Shown: positions 11,458 through 24,137, counted from the stretch's first letter. The stretch: DNA of 64,000 nucleotides from an uncultured Bacillota bacterium (GCA_963823655.1 CAWGMK010000006.1:333382-397381), one strand, 5' to 3'. The notes: generated by a model from the letters alone, not told the origin. Translations and numbers: made by a program.

Positions 11458-11493
11458 AAACCACCCCCCACAAGTTTCTGTAGGGGGTGGTTT
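11458..11493. terminator. Terminator-like hairpin downstream of the S8 protease
   Basis: AAACCACCCCC...GGGGGTGGTTT. Confidence 0.65.
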
Positions 11494-11510
11494 ATCAGGC
11501 AAACTTTTCG

Positions 11511-14500
11511 GGTTTACGTACCCGGTTCAATATCATTGATAACGATTTAATAACTGGTGATCTTCTTGGAAATGCCGTCAAGTTGTAAAGACCTTCCACC
11601 AATGGCCACTGCCGCTATCCGCTGGCAGAAGCCGATTGTGAAGGCGGCTTTTAAGTGCTGCCCTGATACACATAAACCCGAGCCTGGCTTGAGGCCAGTT
11701 TGCTCAAGTCGCTGTCGTCCAGGTAGACTGCGTAGGTGTATTTTCCGCCGATGAAGGTATCGATGGTAATTACTTCTGGACCAAAACCGGTCGTTAATTC
11801 ACCCACGTTTAGCTCGGCGCCGTTTACGAACAGGTCACCGCGGTGATCATCGGCATCATACAGGTTGTATGCATTGCCGTCAACGGGCGGGAGGAACAGA
11901 TGCGCATCCAGGTTCTTTGGCGTGCCGTTCCAGTACAGGATGATCCGGTATTGGGTGTCCAGCTCTGGGAATGGAACTAACCTGAAGTTGCGCGTGAGGT
12001 TGGAACCAGTGCCGACCGAGAAGGAAATCCTCTGGCGGGCATAACCAGGAGCTGAGGCTATGAGCGTATAGCTGCCGGGAATCAGACCGCGTAACTGGTA
12101 GGTACCATCTGGGGCCGTGGTGACCTGAATGGCTCGTCCTTCGATTTGGATGGTTACACCAGCCAAACCGGTTAGTCCATCGGGATCGTTGATGACGTCA
12201 GAAACCAACCCGGATACCATAGCCGGGGTTGTGAAGGAGTAGGTGGCGGACCAGATCGAGTTCGATTCCCCGTTGAAAGCCCGTACGTGCCAATAATAAG
12301 TGCCCGCTGTAGTGAGGAAATTGAACGGGATCGCATAAACCGATTTTTCTACGGAGATCAGATCCGCATCTTTTAGATTCGACAGACCCTTCGCGATTTG
12401 CAGTTCGTAACCGACCGCATTCGAATCAGGATTTCCCGATATCTTCACCGAATCATACCAGTCCAGTGTCGGGCTGAAGTCACCTAGGACAGCACCATTC
12501 GACGGCAATCGAAGCACCGGGGCGTTGGGTGGGTTCAGGGTCTCAAACTGGATCGGTTCGCTCCAACCGCTGTAGCCATAAAGACCGCCTGCACGGACGC
12601 GCCAGTATAAGGAAGCCCGGCGAGGAAGGGTGTGGTCGATGTGAAGGGTGGAGAGCTCAGGGTCGTCATGGTGGTGATCAGACGGGTGCCGCCAAAGAGC
12701 TTGGTTTTATCATCAATCGTATCGCTGTCTCTTGCGACCTGGACCTGGTAAGAACGATCATCGGTGCTCTTATCCCAGGTGAAGGTGGGACGCAGTGACA
12801 GGCCGTCGACGATATCCGTGCCGGTGGGGATCGGGGGGGTGGTGTAGAAGGTCCAGATGGCTGACCAGGGCCCAACACCGGTATCCCCTACTGCACGCAC
12901 GCGCCAGTAATACACACTTTCGGATTGCAGTCCGCTCAAGTCATAACTGGGTAAAACCAGCGGATCACCAGTTTCGAGGGCATCATCAGTGAGGAGTAAA
13001 TCATCACCGGTGAACGTCTTGGCGGTAGCAAGCTGGACCTGGTAGCCATTGGCGGGAGGGAGGGCGGTGGTTGGCCGTTTCCAGGTAAGAGTAACACCAG
13101 TTTCCCAATAACCATAGGCTTTCAAATTGGCCGGCAGCAAAAGGGTTGGCGCACCCGGCGGGGTTGGAGAAAGGTCTGCGAAGACGAGTGCAGCTGGAGA
13201 CCAATCGCTCCAGGTATAGTCGCCGAAGACGCGCACACGCCAATACAGAGTTTTATTCTTTGGCAAGTCCACTCCCGGGCGGAAGGTCGATGTGGGTATG
13301 GTTTCTCCGGAGGGTATTTTAAGTTCCGCTTTTAGCACCGTGGTCGAGAAATTCTGAACAGCGGCGATATTGATTTCATATTTTTTGGCGTTGGCGATGT
13401 CGTTCCAGTCGAAGGTGGGCCGCAGCGTATCAGTATAAAGATCCGGGGCTGGTAAGACTACCGGGTTTAGTCCGCTGATATCGATGCGGGTGTACAGGGT
13501 AAACCGGCCGCTCCAGGCGCCAAAATCCTGACCAGCAGGAGTGGTGAAGTAAGAGCGCATGCGCCAGTAATAGCGGCTGTTTTGGTCGAGAGCTGTTCCC
13601 AGGGTTGTTGTGAAGGTGGTTCCGTCGGGGATATCAACGGTCGGAAGGCTGTTCGAGAAATCGTAGTTTTTCGATAGGACTAACTGGTACCCGTCCGGTG
13701 GTGGAGTGGTGGAGGAAGGTAGTTTCCAGGTGAAGGTAGGAGTGTAATCCGAGGTAGCCAGTCCGTTGATGGGTGTTTTGAGGGTAACCAGGGGTGCACC
13801 GCTGCCGTACACCGTGAATTGGAAGGCGCCAGAAGCGGGCCAATCTAGCCAGACATCGTTTACCTGAGGACGTACTCTCCAGAAGTAAGTGGCATTATTG
13901 GTCAGATTAGACGGGATGACGTATTCGGTGGATGAAGTGAAGATATCCCTGACGAGATTACCAAAATTGCTGTCGCCCTTAGAGAGTTGGAGTTCGTATT
14001 GAGTTGCATCCAGGAACGACTGCCAGACCAGGGTGGGGCGCAGAATACGGATGCTGCTCCCATCTTCAGGGCTCAACAGCCTTACGCCCTTGGTAAGCTT
14101 TTTATTGAAAGCCTCTTCCAGGTTAGGCAGCGGCCCGATTTGTTGAGCGGTTGCATCGCCACCCTGAGCCGTACCGGTACTCCGCAGGATCGAACGCACC
14201 TGGCTGGGAGAAAGGATATAGCCGCGGTTGGTGGCTACACCCTGCAGGCTGGCGGCTGCACCAGCTACCATGGCTGCCGCTGCGGACGAGCCGCCAAATG
14301 TAGCGGTATAGGCTTCATTCGGATCGGGGTTTCCGTCCGCATCCTCGCCTTGATACAGATCGCCAAGGCCGGTGATTGGATCGATACCGGTGGTGGCAAC
14401 GTTATTGCCCCATCCCTGGACATCGATTTGTTTTCCATAGTTGGCGTTGCAGATTGGCTCACGGGTGACGCTGTCACCGGCCCCCACCAGAATGGCGCCG

Positions 14501-15660
14501 GAGTTGCGGTTGCTGCGGTTGAAGGCGCTGCCGTAAAGCGAATTATCCAGGTTGACCGCGCCGTTACCGGCAGCTTCCACCACGATAATCCCTTTCAGGG
14601 TAGCAGCATAAATCGCGTCGTAATTCGCCTGGGCATACTCGATCGGGACGCTTTCAAACCCGGCTGGATCGCAATCCGGAGGAAGAACATGGCCTTCCTT
14701 GCGCGGACCCAACATTTGGGTGGGAATTAGCAGGATATCGCCCACATTCAGATTTAATGTGGCGTCGATGATAGCCTGGGCAGGCAGCACCGAAATGGTA
14801 TTGATCATTTGGAGATAGGTGGAAGGGGCAATCCCAGTCACACCGAATTCGTTCAGGCGGGCAGCCACAACGCCCAAAACAGATGTACCGTGGCTGATCC
14901 ACTGCTGATCGGAAGAATTGCCGCCTTCGATGATCGAATTGGCAGAGATATTGAGATCTTCGTGTCCGATTTGCCATCCAGCGTCGATGTCGATGAGCTG
15001 GATTTTTTCGCCTTTACCACCGGGAAGAGTCCAGGCATAGCGGGCATGGATGCCGTTACCGCTGTTTTCAAGATATCCCTGCGAACCGGTCAGGTCTCCT
15101 GGTGGAACCAATAGTGGGCTGGCGGGCAGGTAAACGGGTTCCATGTAAGCCAGTTCCACGCTCGGGTCCAACTGAATAGTCTCGAGCGTTTTCTGAGCAT
15201 CCTCAAAGGTTACGTCCTGCCCCAGGTCCGCCACAACGTACCGGTCAAGCCCGGGAGCATAACTCCCGCTCTTCGCCAGGGCGGAGACTCTGGTTTCTGG
15301 TAAGACCTGCTCTGCCTGGGGAAATAAGGGTTTGAGCGCCAGATTGGGAAGAGCCTGTTGGAGCGAGGTCAACCCTGCAGCATTGGCTTGCACCCCAGTT
15401 TCGCCTTTGAATTTAATGATAATTTGGCGGAAATTAACCCGGGCTGCATCATTGGCGGAAGTCACCGCGGGAGTTTGCGCAGGCGTGGGTGTCGCTGTTT
15501 CCGCTGGCACAGCCTGTGGATCCGTGGGGGTCCCAGTCTGGGCGCTGCGTGGGATTGGAGCAGCAGCAACTGAAGTCAGCAGCAGGCTGGCGCTGGTTAG
15601 CAGCCCACACAGTGTGCTGAACGTGCGCTGCCTTCGCGTGATTTGGTTATTCGATTGCAT
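11511..15660 (-). CDS. Large secreted S8 serine protease with Fn3/Ig-like repeats, carboxypeptidase-regulatory-like domain and YfaP-like C-terminal domain (frameshifts near 12600 and 11660; 3' end approximate)
   Basis: Signal peptide; triad motifs IDIDAGW..HEDL, HGTSVLG, AAGNG, FGGSSAAAAMVAG; repeated P.NG..PT..W..YYWRVR..WS units; ILYWNGTPKNLDAHL and GPEVITI. Confidence 0.85.
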
Positions 15661-16031
15661 CTTATGCCTCCATAAAATAAATAGCCTGTTTGGGTTATTT
15701 GGGCAGGATAATATTCAGTACGAGAGTGTCCAGAAAAGTGTTCAGCAAAGATATCCCCCACCAGTGAGAAATAACGGTAGTCTGTACCAACTCTTCTCTG
15801 GCGATGCCAGCCGGCATCCTTCCATTGGCTATTCGAAAAAGCCATTTATTGGAAAATATTATTCTGCTTTTGAAGTACACTGACGAATTGCTACCGGTAA
15901 AAAGACCCCACTACCAATAAACACGTTTTGGGTAAAACCAAAACCACTACGACTTTTCTATTATACTCCAGGAAAAATGGGCTGCTCCGCAGTGAAAGTC
16001 AAGCGGCTGCAATCCTCGTTCGGCCTGGCAG

Positions 16032-17310
16032 TTACGGCTGCAGGCGTTCGATCAGCGCTGCCAGGTAATGCGATTTCATCTGCTGCTGAGCTAAGCTGCG
16101 CTTAATCGGCGGCAGACGCAAAATCGCGCCCAGGACTGCCGCCATCGCCCGCTGGCTGCGCAGAGGTTTGCAGGTCAAAGAGGAGATCTTGAAGCTGTCC
16201 CGCTTCGCCGCCAGCACCACTCGATGCGGCGAAGAGTTAGCGGCGTGAAGACCCGCTGCGCACGCGGCGTCATAGTGATATCGTCTGTCGCGCAGGTACC
16301 CGCGCGCAGACGCCACATCCCAGACAAATATCCTCATTCACCCGGGCTTTTTTCTTGTTGGGTGCGTTGGGATCGTGAGCCGACACCAGGGTCATCGCTT
16401 CCACCGGACAAATCGCTACACATTTCCCGCAGCCGTGACAGTCGTCCTCATCCACGGCAGGCATAAAATTAGTGGTGTGCAGCGGATTCAGCGATGCTCA
16501 AAACGCCGCGCCGCGATCAGCGCTTCGCAGCAGCACCCGCAGCAGTTGCAGATAAAGTTGATCCGTTCGCGGAATTTTCGCCAAACTGCACCAGGTTTTG
16601 TCATACGCCGTCTGCAGAAGATCCAGCCCTTCCGCTGATCCACCTGCCGGGCAAACCCATGTTTGATCAGCGACTGTGCGGTCCCGTTAAACGTCATGCA
16701 GATATCCAGCGGCGCATCACAGGTTCACCACGTGCATGCATTTTGTGGCGGCAGTAGCACACGCTGACGCCCATGTGCGATCGCTTGCTTGATAACCTCG
16801 GTGGCGCGCTCATAATCCAGCACTTCCACGCCATGGGGGATCACCTCCTCGTTCACAAAAACTCGCCCCATCTGGGTCTCGCCGCTGCCGAACAAATCCC
16901 CGAAAAAATCCTCTTCGACGTTCAGATACCGGTAATACAATTCCGCCAGCAGCTTTCTGATCAATATCGTCGCGCGGGCGCATCATCGAAAATTCGAAAA
17001 ATCCAGCCATTGGCGGCGGCAGCGTATAGACCATCTCTCTCCATGAATTTCGCTATCCAGCAAGATTGCCCGGCCGGCCAATCCTTCCAAAACCACTTGT
17101 GCCTGCGCGGGGGGTACAATCCAGGCCTGAGCAGCCTGGCGGATGGTAAACGGCTTCATCGGAAGCAGAGCAACCAGGGATGCCTCTCGGTCAGTGAAAA
17201 GGTAATTTTAAGATTTTATAGAGTGTTTCAGTAGGAGGCGCCCCGGCCGGGAAGCGATTTAACCGTTCTGATAATCCCTCATAGCCATTTCTTAAAACAT
17301 TGTGCGCCAT
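16032..17310 (-). CDS. 4Fe-4S dicluster domain protein (multiple frameshifts)
   Basis: CxCR, FICNCCGCCCE, CHGCGKCVAICP, CLGCGVCAR in successive fragments; ATG at 17310. Confidence 0.8.
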
Positions 17311-17363
17311 GAATACCCTCCGGAGTAATAACCCTATCGTAAATCGATCCGGCAATACCGGCT

Positions 17364-18209
17364 CTATCTGCCCGTTTTCGATTTGAAGACGGGTTGGATG
17401 CTAAAAAAGGAGAGGACTACGGGGTAAAATCGCCCTGCTGTTTTTTTCTGCGGGTTGGCGGCAACGATGCCGCGTGTTTTCAGGCCATTTTTCTTCTTTT
17501 TTGATTTAGCGATGGTTACAGCTGGCACCGGGTTCGTTTTAGCCTTTTCCACGCTGGCGAGATAGCTGGCCTGCTGTAGCACGATAACCAGATAGGCGAT
17601 GAATAAAGTCAGGGTCAGGGCAAATAGGATAACATTGTAGAGTGACCAGCGGCCAAACGGCAGGCTGATCATCGGATTACCGATGAAAAAGACAAGGGTG
17701 TTTGCCAATATCGCAATAACGCGCATTTCTGTCGGGCCCAGGTGGGCCCAGGAGATGCGAAATATGCCATCCACATAGGTTTTTATAAATATCAAGATGG
17801 AGAGCAGCAGGTAACCGATCAACGCCAGGCTGGCGAGACGAAAATCTACATAGGGAGACAGGCCAATCCCCAGGAAAACAAGGACCTCAGAAACCGCATC
17901 CACCGTGTGATCGACAAAGAAGCCGTATCTGGGACGCTCAATTTTCCGGTAACGCGCCAGGCTGCCGTCCAAACTATCCCCAAACCAATTGAGCAGGAAT
18001 GCGAAACTTGCCAGCCATAAAAACCAACTGCTGATGTTGGTCAACCAATAACTGACGAAAATCAGGATGCTGGCAAGGAATCCCAGTATCGTGAGAAAAT
18101 CAGGCGTGACCCATTGAGGCATGTGGGCAGCCAACCAGACTAAGGCCGGCCTTTCAATCGGACCTAATAAAATATCGTTGACACGCTTTTCTCCGGATAG
18201 ATCTGCCAT
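17364..18209 (-). CDS. CDP-alcohol phosphatidyltransferase family protein
   Basis: TPDFLT and DSLDGSLARYR..GFFVDHTVD signature. Confidence 0.9.
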   Translation of the reverse strand: MADLSGEKRVNDILLGPIERPALVWLAAHMPQWVTPDFLTILGFLASILIFVSYWLTNISSWFLWLASFAFLLNWFGDSLDGSLARYRKIERPRYGFFVDHTVDAVSEVLVFLGIGLSPYVDFRLASLALIGYLLLSILIFIKTYVDGIFRISWAHLGPTEMRVIAILANTLVFFIGNPMISLPFGRWSLYNVILFALTLTLFIAYLVIVLQQASYLASVEKAKTNPVPAVTIAKSKKKKNGLKTRGIVAANPQKKTAGRFYPVVLSFFSIQPVFKSKTGR

Positions 18210-18264
18210 AATCAGGTAATGTCTCTCCATTAATTGGTTTGATGCTGCGCATCGATTTGAAACA

Positions 18265-19167
18265 TCAGGGCATTTCTTGCAGGGCTGTTGGCCAGACGGG
18301 ATAGTACATCAGCCATTGTTGTGGGGCGCGCAAGATAAATCTTTCTGCGCATGATAACACAATCTCGGCGTTATTCTCCATTTCGGTTTTTAAGTCCGGG
18401 TCAGGTTTCATGTGGATTGGCTCGGAAATATCGACCAGATAATTTCCAGTAGAATTTCGGATCACGGCTGCCACGATGATCGGTACATTTACCTTCAAGG
18501 CCAGGCGGACATGCGTAACCGGTAAATCCGCGGGAATACGAAAGAAGCGCGGATGATAATTGGCGTTTGCTATCGGGCGATCTAATCCAGTCAGAACCAG
18601 GCCACCTTTGCGCAGGCGTTCAACCGCCCGGCGCATCGCATTGATCGACATAGGGGTCACTTCCACGCCGGGTATCGCCCTGATTTTGTTTTGAAGCTTG
18701 TAACCATTGGGCGGTTGAGGGTAGGAGAGGATTTGAAACGGAAGGCCGCACATCGCCAGGGCTCTTCCGGCCAGATCAAAACTCCCCATATGAGGCACAA
18801 CGAATAATACCCCCTGGCCTGCTTCCTGGCGGTGGTCAAGAAATTCTTGGAGGCGAGGGCTAAAGGAGACTTTCTTGAGAATGGCATCCGGACGGGCGAG
18901 TTGATGATAGAAATCATACAAGGCATAACCCGCAAAACGGAAGACTGCCTCGGTGGCCCGGTCTAATTCTCGTGAGGTATATTTTTTCCGGCTGATCACC
19001 CATTGATTGGCTCGAACGGCCCGTTCGTGCTCGGTGCCCCGTAATGTGCCGATCGTCCGGCCGAGCCATTCGGCGAAAGGGTAACCAACCTTCGCTGGCA
19101 AGATTTGACTGAGGAAAATTGCGAGACCTGACGCGATCCGGCTGTAGAGAAATGATTGTATTTTCAT
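18265..19167 (-). CDS. Lysophospholipid acyltransferase (HtrB/PatA-like)
   Basis: PHMGSFD (HxxxxD), RFF..PA, PQQWLMYYPVW C-terminus. Confidence 0.82.
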   Translation of the reverse strand: MKIQSFLYSRIASGLAIFLSQILPAKVGYPFAEWLGRTIGTLRGTEHERAVRANQWVISRKKYTSRELDRATEAVFRFAGYALYDFYHQLARPDAILKKVSFSPRLQEFLDHRQEAGQGVLFVVPHMGSFDLAGRALAMCGLPFQILSYPQPPNGYKLQNKIRAIPGVEVTPMSINAMRRAVERLRKGGLVLTGLDRPIANANYHPRFFRIPADLPVTHVRLALKVNVPIIVAAVIRNSTGNYLVDISEPIHMKPDPDLKTEMENNAEIVLSCAERFILRAPQQWLMYYPVWPTALQEMP

Positions 19168-19412
19168 GCTATCAATTTTTTTATACCGGTATGCGGGTCG
19201 CCGCGCCGCCACACGAAAATGATTTCCACCGTTCGATTTTCCCCATCCTTGTTAATAATAATATCCGAAGATAAAACGGCCGCGGTGCAATCCCAACCTT
19301 CAGGGATGCTAAACCCAATCAGGCAATCGGCCATTTGACCGAACCAATTGAGCCGAGTGTTATTTTACAAGCTTTAAGTATAGAGCAGGTGGGATCGGAA
19401 ATCAATCCTGCC

Positions 19413-19466
19413 GATACGATCCCAAATTGGGATACAATCCCAGATTGGGATGTGATCCTAAAATGA
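19413..19466. repeat. Tandem 18-bp palindromic repeats
   Basis: GATACGATCCCAAATTGG, GATACAATCCCAGATTGG, GATGTGATCCTAAATGAA. Confidence 0.55.
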
Positions 19467-19470
19467 ACGA

Positions 19471-22400
19471 CTAATGCAAGCCAATGGGGATAAAAGTCCG
19501 GTAAGCAGGACCTACCCACGGCAGGTGTTTCAGCAGAATGCGCACCCGGGGAGAGGCTTCACCATTGGTGGTGTTCGTCCCGACAGCATACAATTGTGTG
19601 TATGTGTTTGGAGTAAATCCGCTTGTATCGATCGAAAAAGTTCTCTGGCCTGGCGATAATGGATCGAACCAGTGGTAGTGATCCCCTACCCAATAAAAGA
19701 AGCGTATCCCAAAATCGCTGCATTCAGGGCAAAGGATTTCCTGCTCTCCACCACCTACCAGGGTTTCAGTCTTATACAACCTTACTTGCAGCGGAACCAT
19801 CTCGTTCCCGACCAGGTATGTATTGGTATTCGTAACCGGTCCAATCCAATCGATGCGGTAATTGAAAGGCGCAACGATATATACCTGAACGGTGATAACG
19901 GCGCTATCCAAAATGCCGTCAGAAACCTGGTAGGTAAAGGTATCCGGAAAATCCGATGGAGGGACACCCGGGCGGGTTTCATAGCGGAAGGATCCATTTG
20001 AACGCAGGGTCAGATATCCTCTGCTAGGATCACTTACAAGCTTGACCGACAAATCTGTCTTAGGATTATCTACATCGCTGGCATCCGCCAGTAACCCTGG
20101 TACGTTTTCATCGACCACGCCGTTCTGAACGACAACGACGCAGGTCCCTTCGGGTATTCTTCTGCCATCCGGGTCGGTGGTAAATGTGTCGCAGAGCCAT
20201 GGGGTGCCGGTAGGCGCATCATTGATCGGCGTGATGGTCAGAGAAACCGTGACGGTGCCGGAGTTAAAATTCTCCGTCGGTGACATAATAGCTGAATGAA
20301 TCAGTCCCATTCTCGTCTGGGTTTGGGGTATAGCTGAACGATCCATCCTGTGCTAAGACAGCAGGATCAAGATGCCCTTTAGTTGGGCTTTTACCAGGAC
20401 CGGCGTCAACACCGCATTCCGGTCGGGATCGGTGTCGTTGGCCAGGAGACCTGGAGCTGGGAGTAGATCGGATCTTCATCTTCATCGGTTGTATAGGCTT
20501 CTGGTCTGGCTACCGGTGGGTAGTTGACCGGGGTGATGGTTAGGTTGACCGTAGCGGGAGCGGAATATAAGAAGCCATCAAAGGCCTTATAGGTGAAGCT
20601 GTCACTGCCGTCATAATAGGGGTTGGAGGTATAAACGAAGGAACCATTCGGATTCAGCTGCAGGTTCCATTCGCCGGTCCAGTGATCAATGTAACGGTCA
20701 ATGTGTTTGAGTTGATGTCATTGTCGTTTGCCAATACGCCCGCCGCAGCAGAAACGGTTAAAGGCGCATTTTCAGCGGTCGTGTAGGCATCATTCACCGC
20801 CACCGGCGGATCGTTTACCGGAGTAATCGTAATGTTGATCGTAGCCAGGTTCGAATTTAAGGAACCATCACTGGCCTGGAAAGTAAATGAATTGCTACCG
20901 TTGTAATTCGGAGCGGGAGTGTACACCAGGTTGGGCGGCGTTCCAGTAAATTGTCCATGGCTCGGTGGTGTTACCACCTGGTAGGTGAGAGGGTCAAATT
21001 CTACGTCGGTAGCGCTTAAGGTAATCGGAACATCCAGATCTTCACCGGTGGTGATATTCTGGTTGATCGCAATGGGAGCATCATTTTGGGGGTTAATCGT
21101 GATCGTAACGGTGGCTTCCGGGGAAGTGATCTTGCCGTCATTGACCACAAATTTAAAGGAATCAAAGCCGTTATAGTTCAACGCCGGGGTGTATGTCAGG
21201 TTCGGGATCGTACCGGTCAGGCTGCCGTGCCCTGGTTGAAATGTAATCGTGAAGGTCAATGGGTCCAGGTCGACATCCGTACCGGTCAGGGTGATTGCAA
21301 GCGGCACGTCCTCTAAGGTGCTGACCGATTGGGCGATTGCAACCGGGGCATCATTTTGGGCAATGACCGTGATTTGTATTGTGGCTGTATTTGAGTTTAG
21401 ATTGCCATCATTCGCAATAAAGGTGAAGAAATCGCTGCCGTTGTAATTCTGGGCAGGCGTATAGGTCAGATTAGGAGCGGACCCGTTTAGACTGCCGTGA
21501 GCCGGCTGGGTTGTTACAGAAAAGGAAAGGCTGGTGCTGTCGATATCTGAGGCAGTGAGAATGATTTGGCGCGGAGTATCCTCGTTGGTGGGGAGCGCCT
21601 GACCGGCGGCAACCGGGGCATCATTGATGGAAGCGATGTGAATGACAACCGTGGCCAGGTTGGAAAGATTATAGCCGTCATTGGCACGATAGGTGAAGCT
21701 GTCATCACCGAAGTAGTTCGGTCTTGGGATATAAGTGAAACCACCTTGTGTGCGCGGTTCGAGTGAGCCGTTCACCGGTAGGTTCACGACAGCAGCGCTC
21801 ATGGGAAGCCCGCCAAGGTTTGAATCATTTCCCAGCACACCTGGATCGGGAATGATCAGGGTTGCATCTTCATTCACCCCGTATTCATCATTCACGACCT
21901 GCGGTGGCGGCAGGACCGTCAGGCTCACGGAGGCATTGCCCGATTGATTCAGACCGTCAAAAGCACGATAGAGAAAAGAATCGGGTCCGGAGTATGCCGC
22001 TGTGGGCGTGTAGGTAAATGAATGGTCAGGGTTTTGTGAGAGAGTACCGTGAGACGGACCACTCATGATCACCACAGTCATCGGTTGCAGCCCGTCCAGA
22101 ATCACTATCATTGGCAAGTAAATCCGCGGCGGGAATGATCAGCGCATGGTTGGCATGGGTTGTGAATGCATCGTTATCCGCAGCCGGCGGTTGGTTGACG
22201 GTGATCGAGACGGTGGCGGGCAAGGTTGAGGTGGAGACACCGTCACTGGCATAATAGCGGAAGAAATCTGGGCCAGAATAATTTGTATCAGGTGAATAGG
22301 TAAAAGAACCATTCGGATTTAAATCGACCGTTCCATGTTCTGGACCGCTGCCGGGTGAGGTATCTTGAAACGCGGATAAACCGGCGCTGGCTGGTAAATC

Positions 22401-22676
22401 ATTAACCAGCACGCCCGGAGCATTTTGAACCAGACTTCCGTTCTGAGCGATTGCGGGATAGACATCATCCACCGCGGTGGGAGGTTCGGAAACCTGCCAG
22501 AGCATCGTTGAACGTGCAGAGAAGACCCATCCCCATATATTGCTGAAGGGATCGGTGGAGGGTAGGATCTGCTGCTGCAGTTGGCCAGGGGAAGGTTGGT
22601 GAGCGATGGGGTGTGCAATACCTGCAAGATTGGCCGTAAGAATGCCGATAATGAGTAACCGTAAAGGACTAATCAT
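19471..22676 (-). CDS. Secreted tandem Ig-like (Big_9/tandem-95, cadherin-like) repeat surface protein, frameshifted
   Basis: About 8-9 repeats NDAPVA..T.ED..P.HG.L..YTP..NYNG.D.FTF...DG; signal peptide; C-terminal YRTFIPI motif. Confidence 0.85.
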
Positions 22677-22806
22677 TCTTAGTGGGACCCCCTTTGGTTA
22701 AGGGACCATCAGATTGGGAGAAATGATATTCTACTGTATTTTACCAAAAATCGAAGAAAATGTTAACCGAGCTTTGTCGTTTAGAATTTGTTGTTTGGCG
22801 CCAGAT

Positions 22807-23730
22807 CTATGGTACTGCCTTGGTAGGTTTCCTGGTCGATGGTGTACTGGTCGGTGGAACGCTGGTAGCTTGGACATTGGTGGGGGCAGTCGTGGCAGGT
22901 GGCGCTGGCGGTTGGGTGGGTAACTGCGGCGGGGTGGTGGGCACTATGGTTTCGACAATTGGCGCATCAGTGGGAGGAACAACTGTAGCAGGTGGGCTGT
23001 AGGTAGGTGGAATTTTTGTTGGCGACGCAGGTTTTTTCTTGGGCTCGTTCGGTTTTTCGGTGGGCATAGGAGAAAGAGTAAAATAAATCCAAATCTGAGG
23101 CGTTATGGTGGATGTTAATGAAGAAGAGCTCGTTGGCAGCAGCGTGGCCGGTTTAGCATCTGAAAGGACATATTGGCACCTTGGAATACCCAATTCACCC
23201 TGGGTATAGCGCTGCAGAGTCTCGTAAGTGATTTGCGCGGTTTGTAGATCTCCACCGGAAGGCTGACTACCCGTTGGAAATGAAATTAGCCAGGTGACAG
23301 CCTGGCTAAACATATTCCGGATTCCGGTCACATCAGCGCCATTTTCCTGGTTTAAGACCACCACAAAAATCTGCGACTGCAACCTGGCCCAGGGATCAAC
23401 GCCGCCTTTTTGAAGGATTGCAAGCATTTCCGTTTTGTTGTAGGTCTTGCTGCCAAGCCGATAAGAGTTAATTTGCCAGGCAGACGGATACTGCAGCCAG
23501 GTCTCGAGAGGAAAGGTGCAATTATTGGATGGGTTTATTGTGGGGGTGAAACCCTGGACAACGGCGTCGTTGGTTGGTGTTGCCGGTGGAGTGAATTGAA
23601 GCGGCACCGCGGTTTCAAAGCTCAACCCAGCAGATTTACCATTAGACGTAATCATATAAGTAATGCCGATCGCCAGAGCGACTGAAACAATACTGATAAT
23701 TAATCCGGCGATAATATTCTTACCGTTCAT
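22807..23730 (-). CDS. Membrane-anchored hypothetical protein with Pro/Thr-rich tail
   Basis: N-terminal TM helix, central helical domain, PPT/PT low-complexity C-terminus. Confidence 0.7.
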   Translation of the reverse strand: MNGKNIIAGLIISIVSVALAIGITYMITSNGKSAGLSFETAVPLQFTPPATPTNDAVVQGFTPTINPSNNCTFPLETWLQYPSAWQINSYRLGSKTYNKTEMLAILQKGGVDPWARLQSQIFVVVLNQENGADVTGIRNMFSQAVTWLISFPTGSQPSGGDLQTAQITYETLQRYTQGELGIPRCQYVLSDAKPATLLPTSSSSLTSTITPQIWIYFTLSPMPTEKPNEPKKKPASPTKIPPTYSPPATVVPPTDAPIVETIVPTTPPQLPTQPPAPPATTAPTNVQATSVPPTSTPSTRKPTKAVP

Positions 23731-23838
23731 TCCACTAATTGCCCCTTTACGAAATTTGTCCTTGCTACGGTTAATATTACGCCCCCTGATCAAATTATAT
23801 TGCAAACGGAGTACGGATACAACCATCCTGCAACCTGG

Positions 23839-24137
23839 TTATCTCCGCCAGGTCTGTTCTGGTCATTTTTCCAGTTCTGGGTAGTCTTCGATCAATTTGC
23901 TGTGAGCCTTTTGGGTTCGGTCCAGGCTTTTCATCCCGGTTAAGAGATCGTGTTGTACTCGATGCTCTTTTTTACCGGAAATTGACCGTGGGCCTGGATC
24001 ATATTCTGGAACATTTCCATCCATTCGGGGCTAGCTTCAATGGCCTGGAAAACCCGATCGATAATATCTGCCTCATAGGGCTGAGGGATAGTGTCAAGGA
24101 CTTCCTTAACCAAATTTTGGACGGTTATATAACGCAT
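23839..24137 (-). CDS. Small hypothetical protein (probable frameshift near 23940)
   Basis: AAGGAG RBS, ORF 23940-24137 with plausible continuation in another frame. Confidence 0.5.

Noticed and set aside
20400-22500. Periodic DNA similarity resembling an array
   Set aside because: Explained by protein-level Ig-like tandem repeats; no identical repeats with unique spacers, and no CRISPR array or cas gene anywhere in the window
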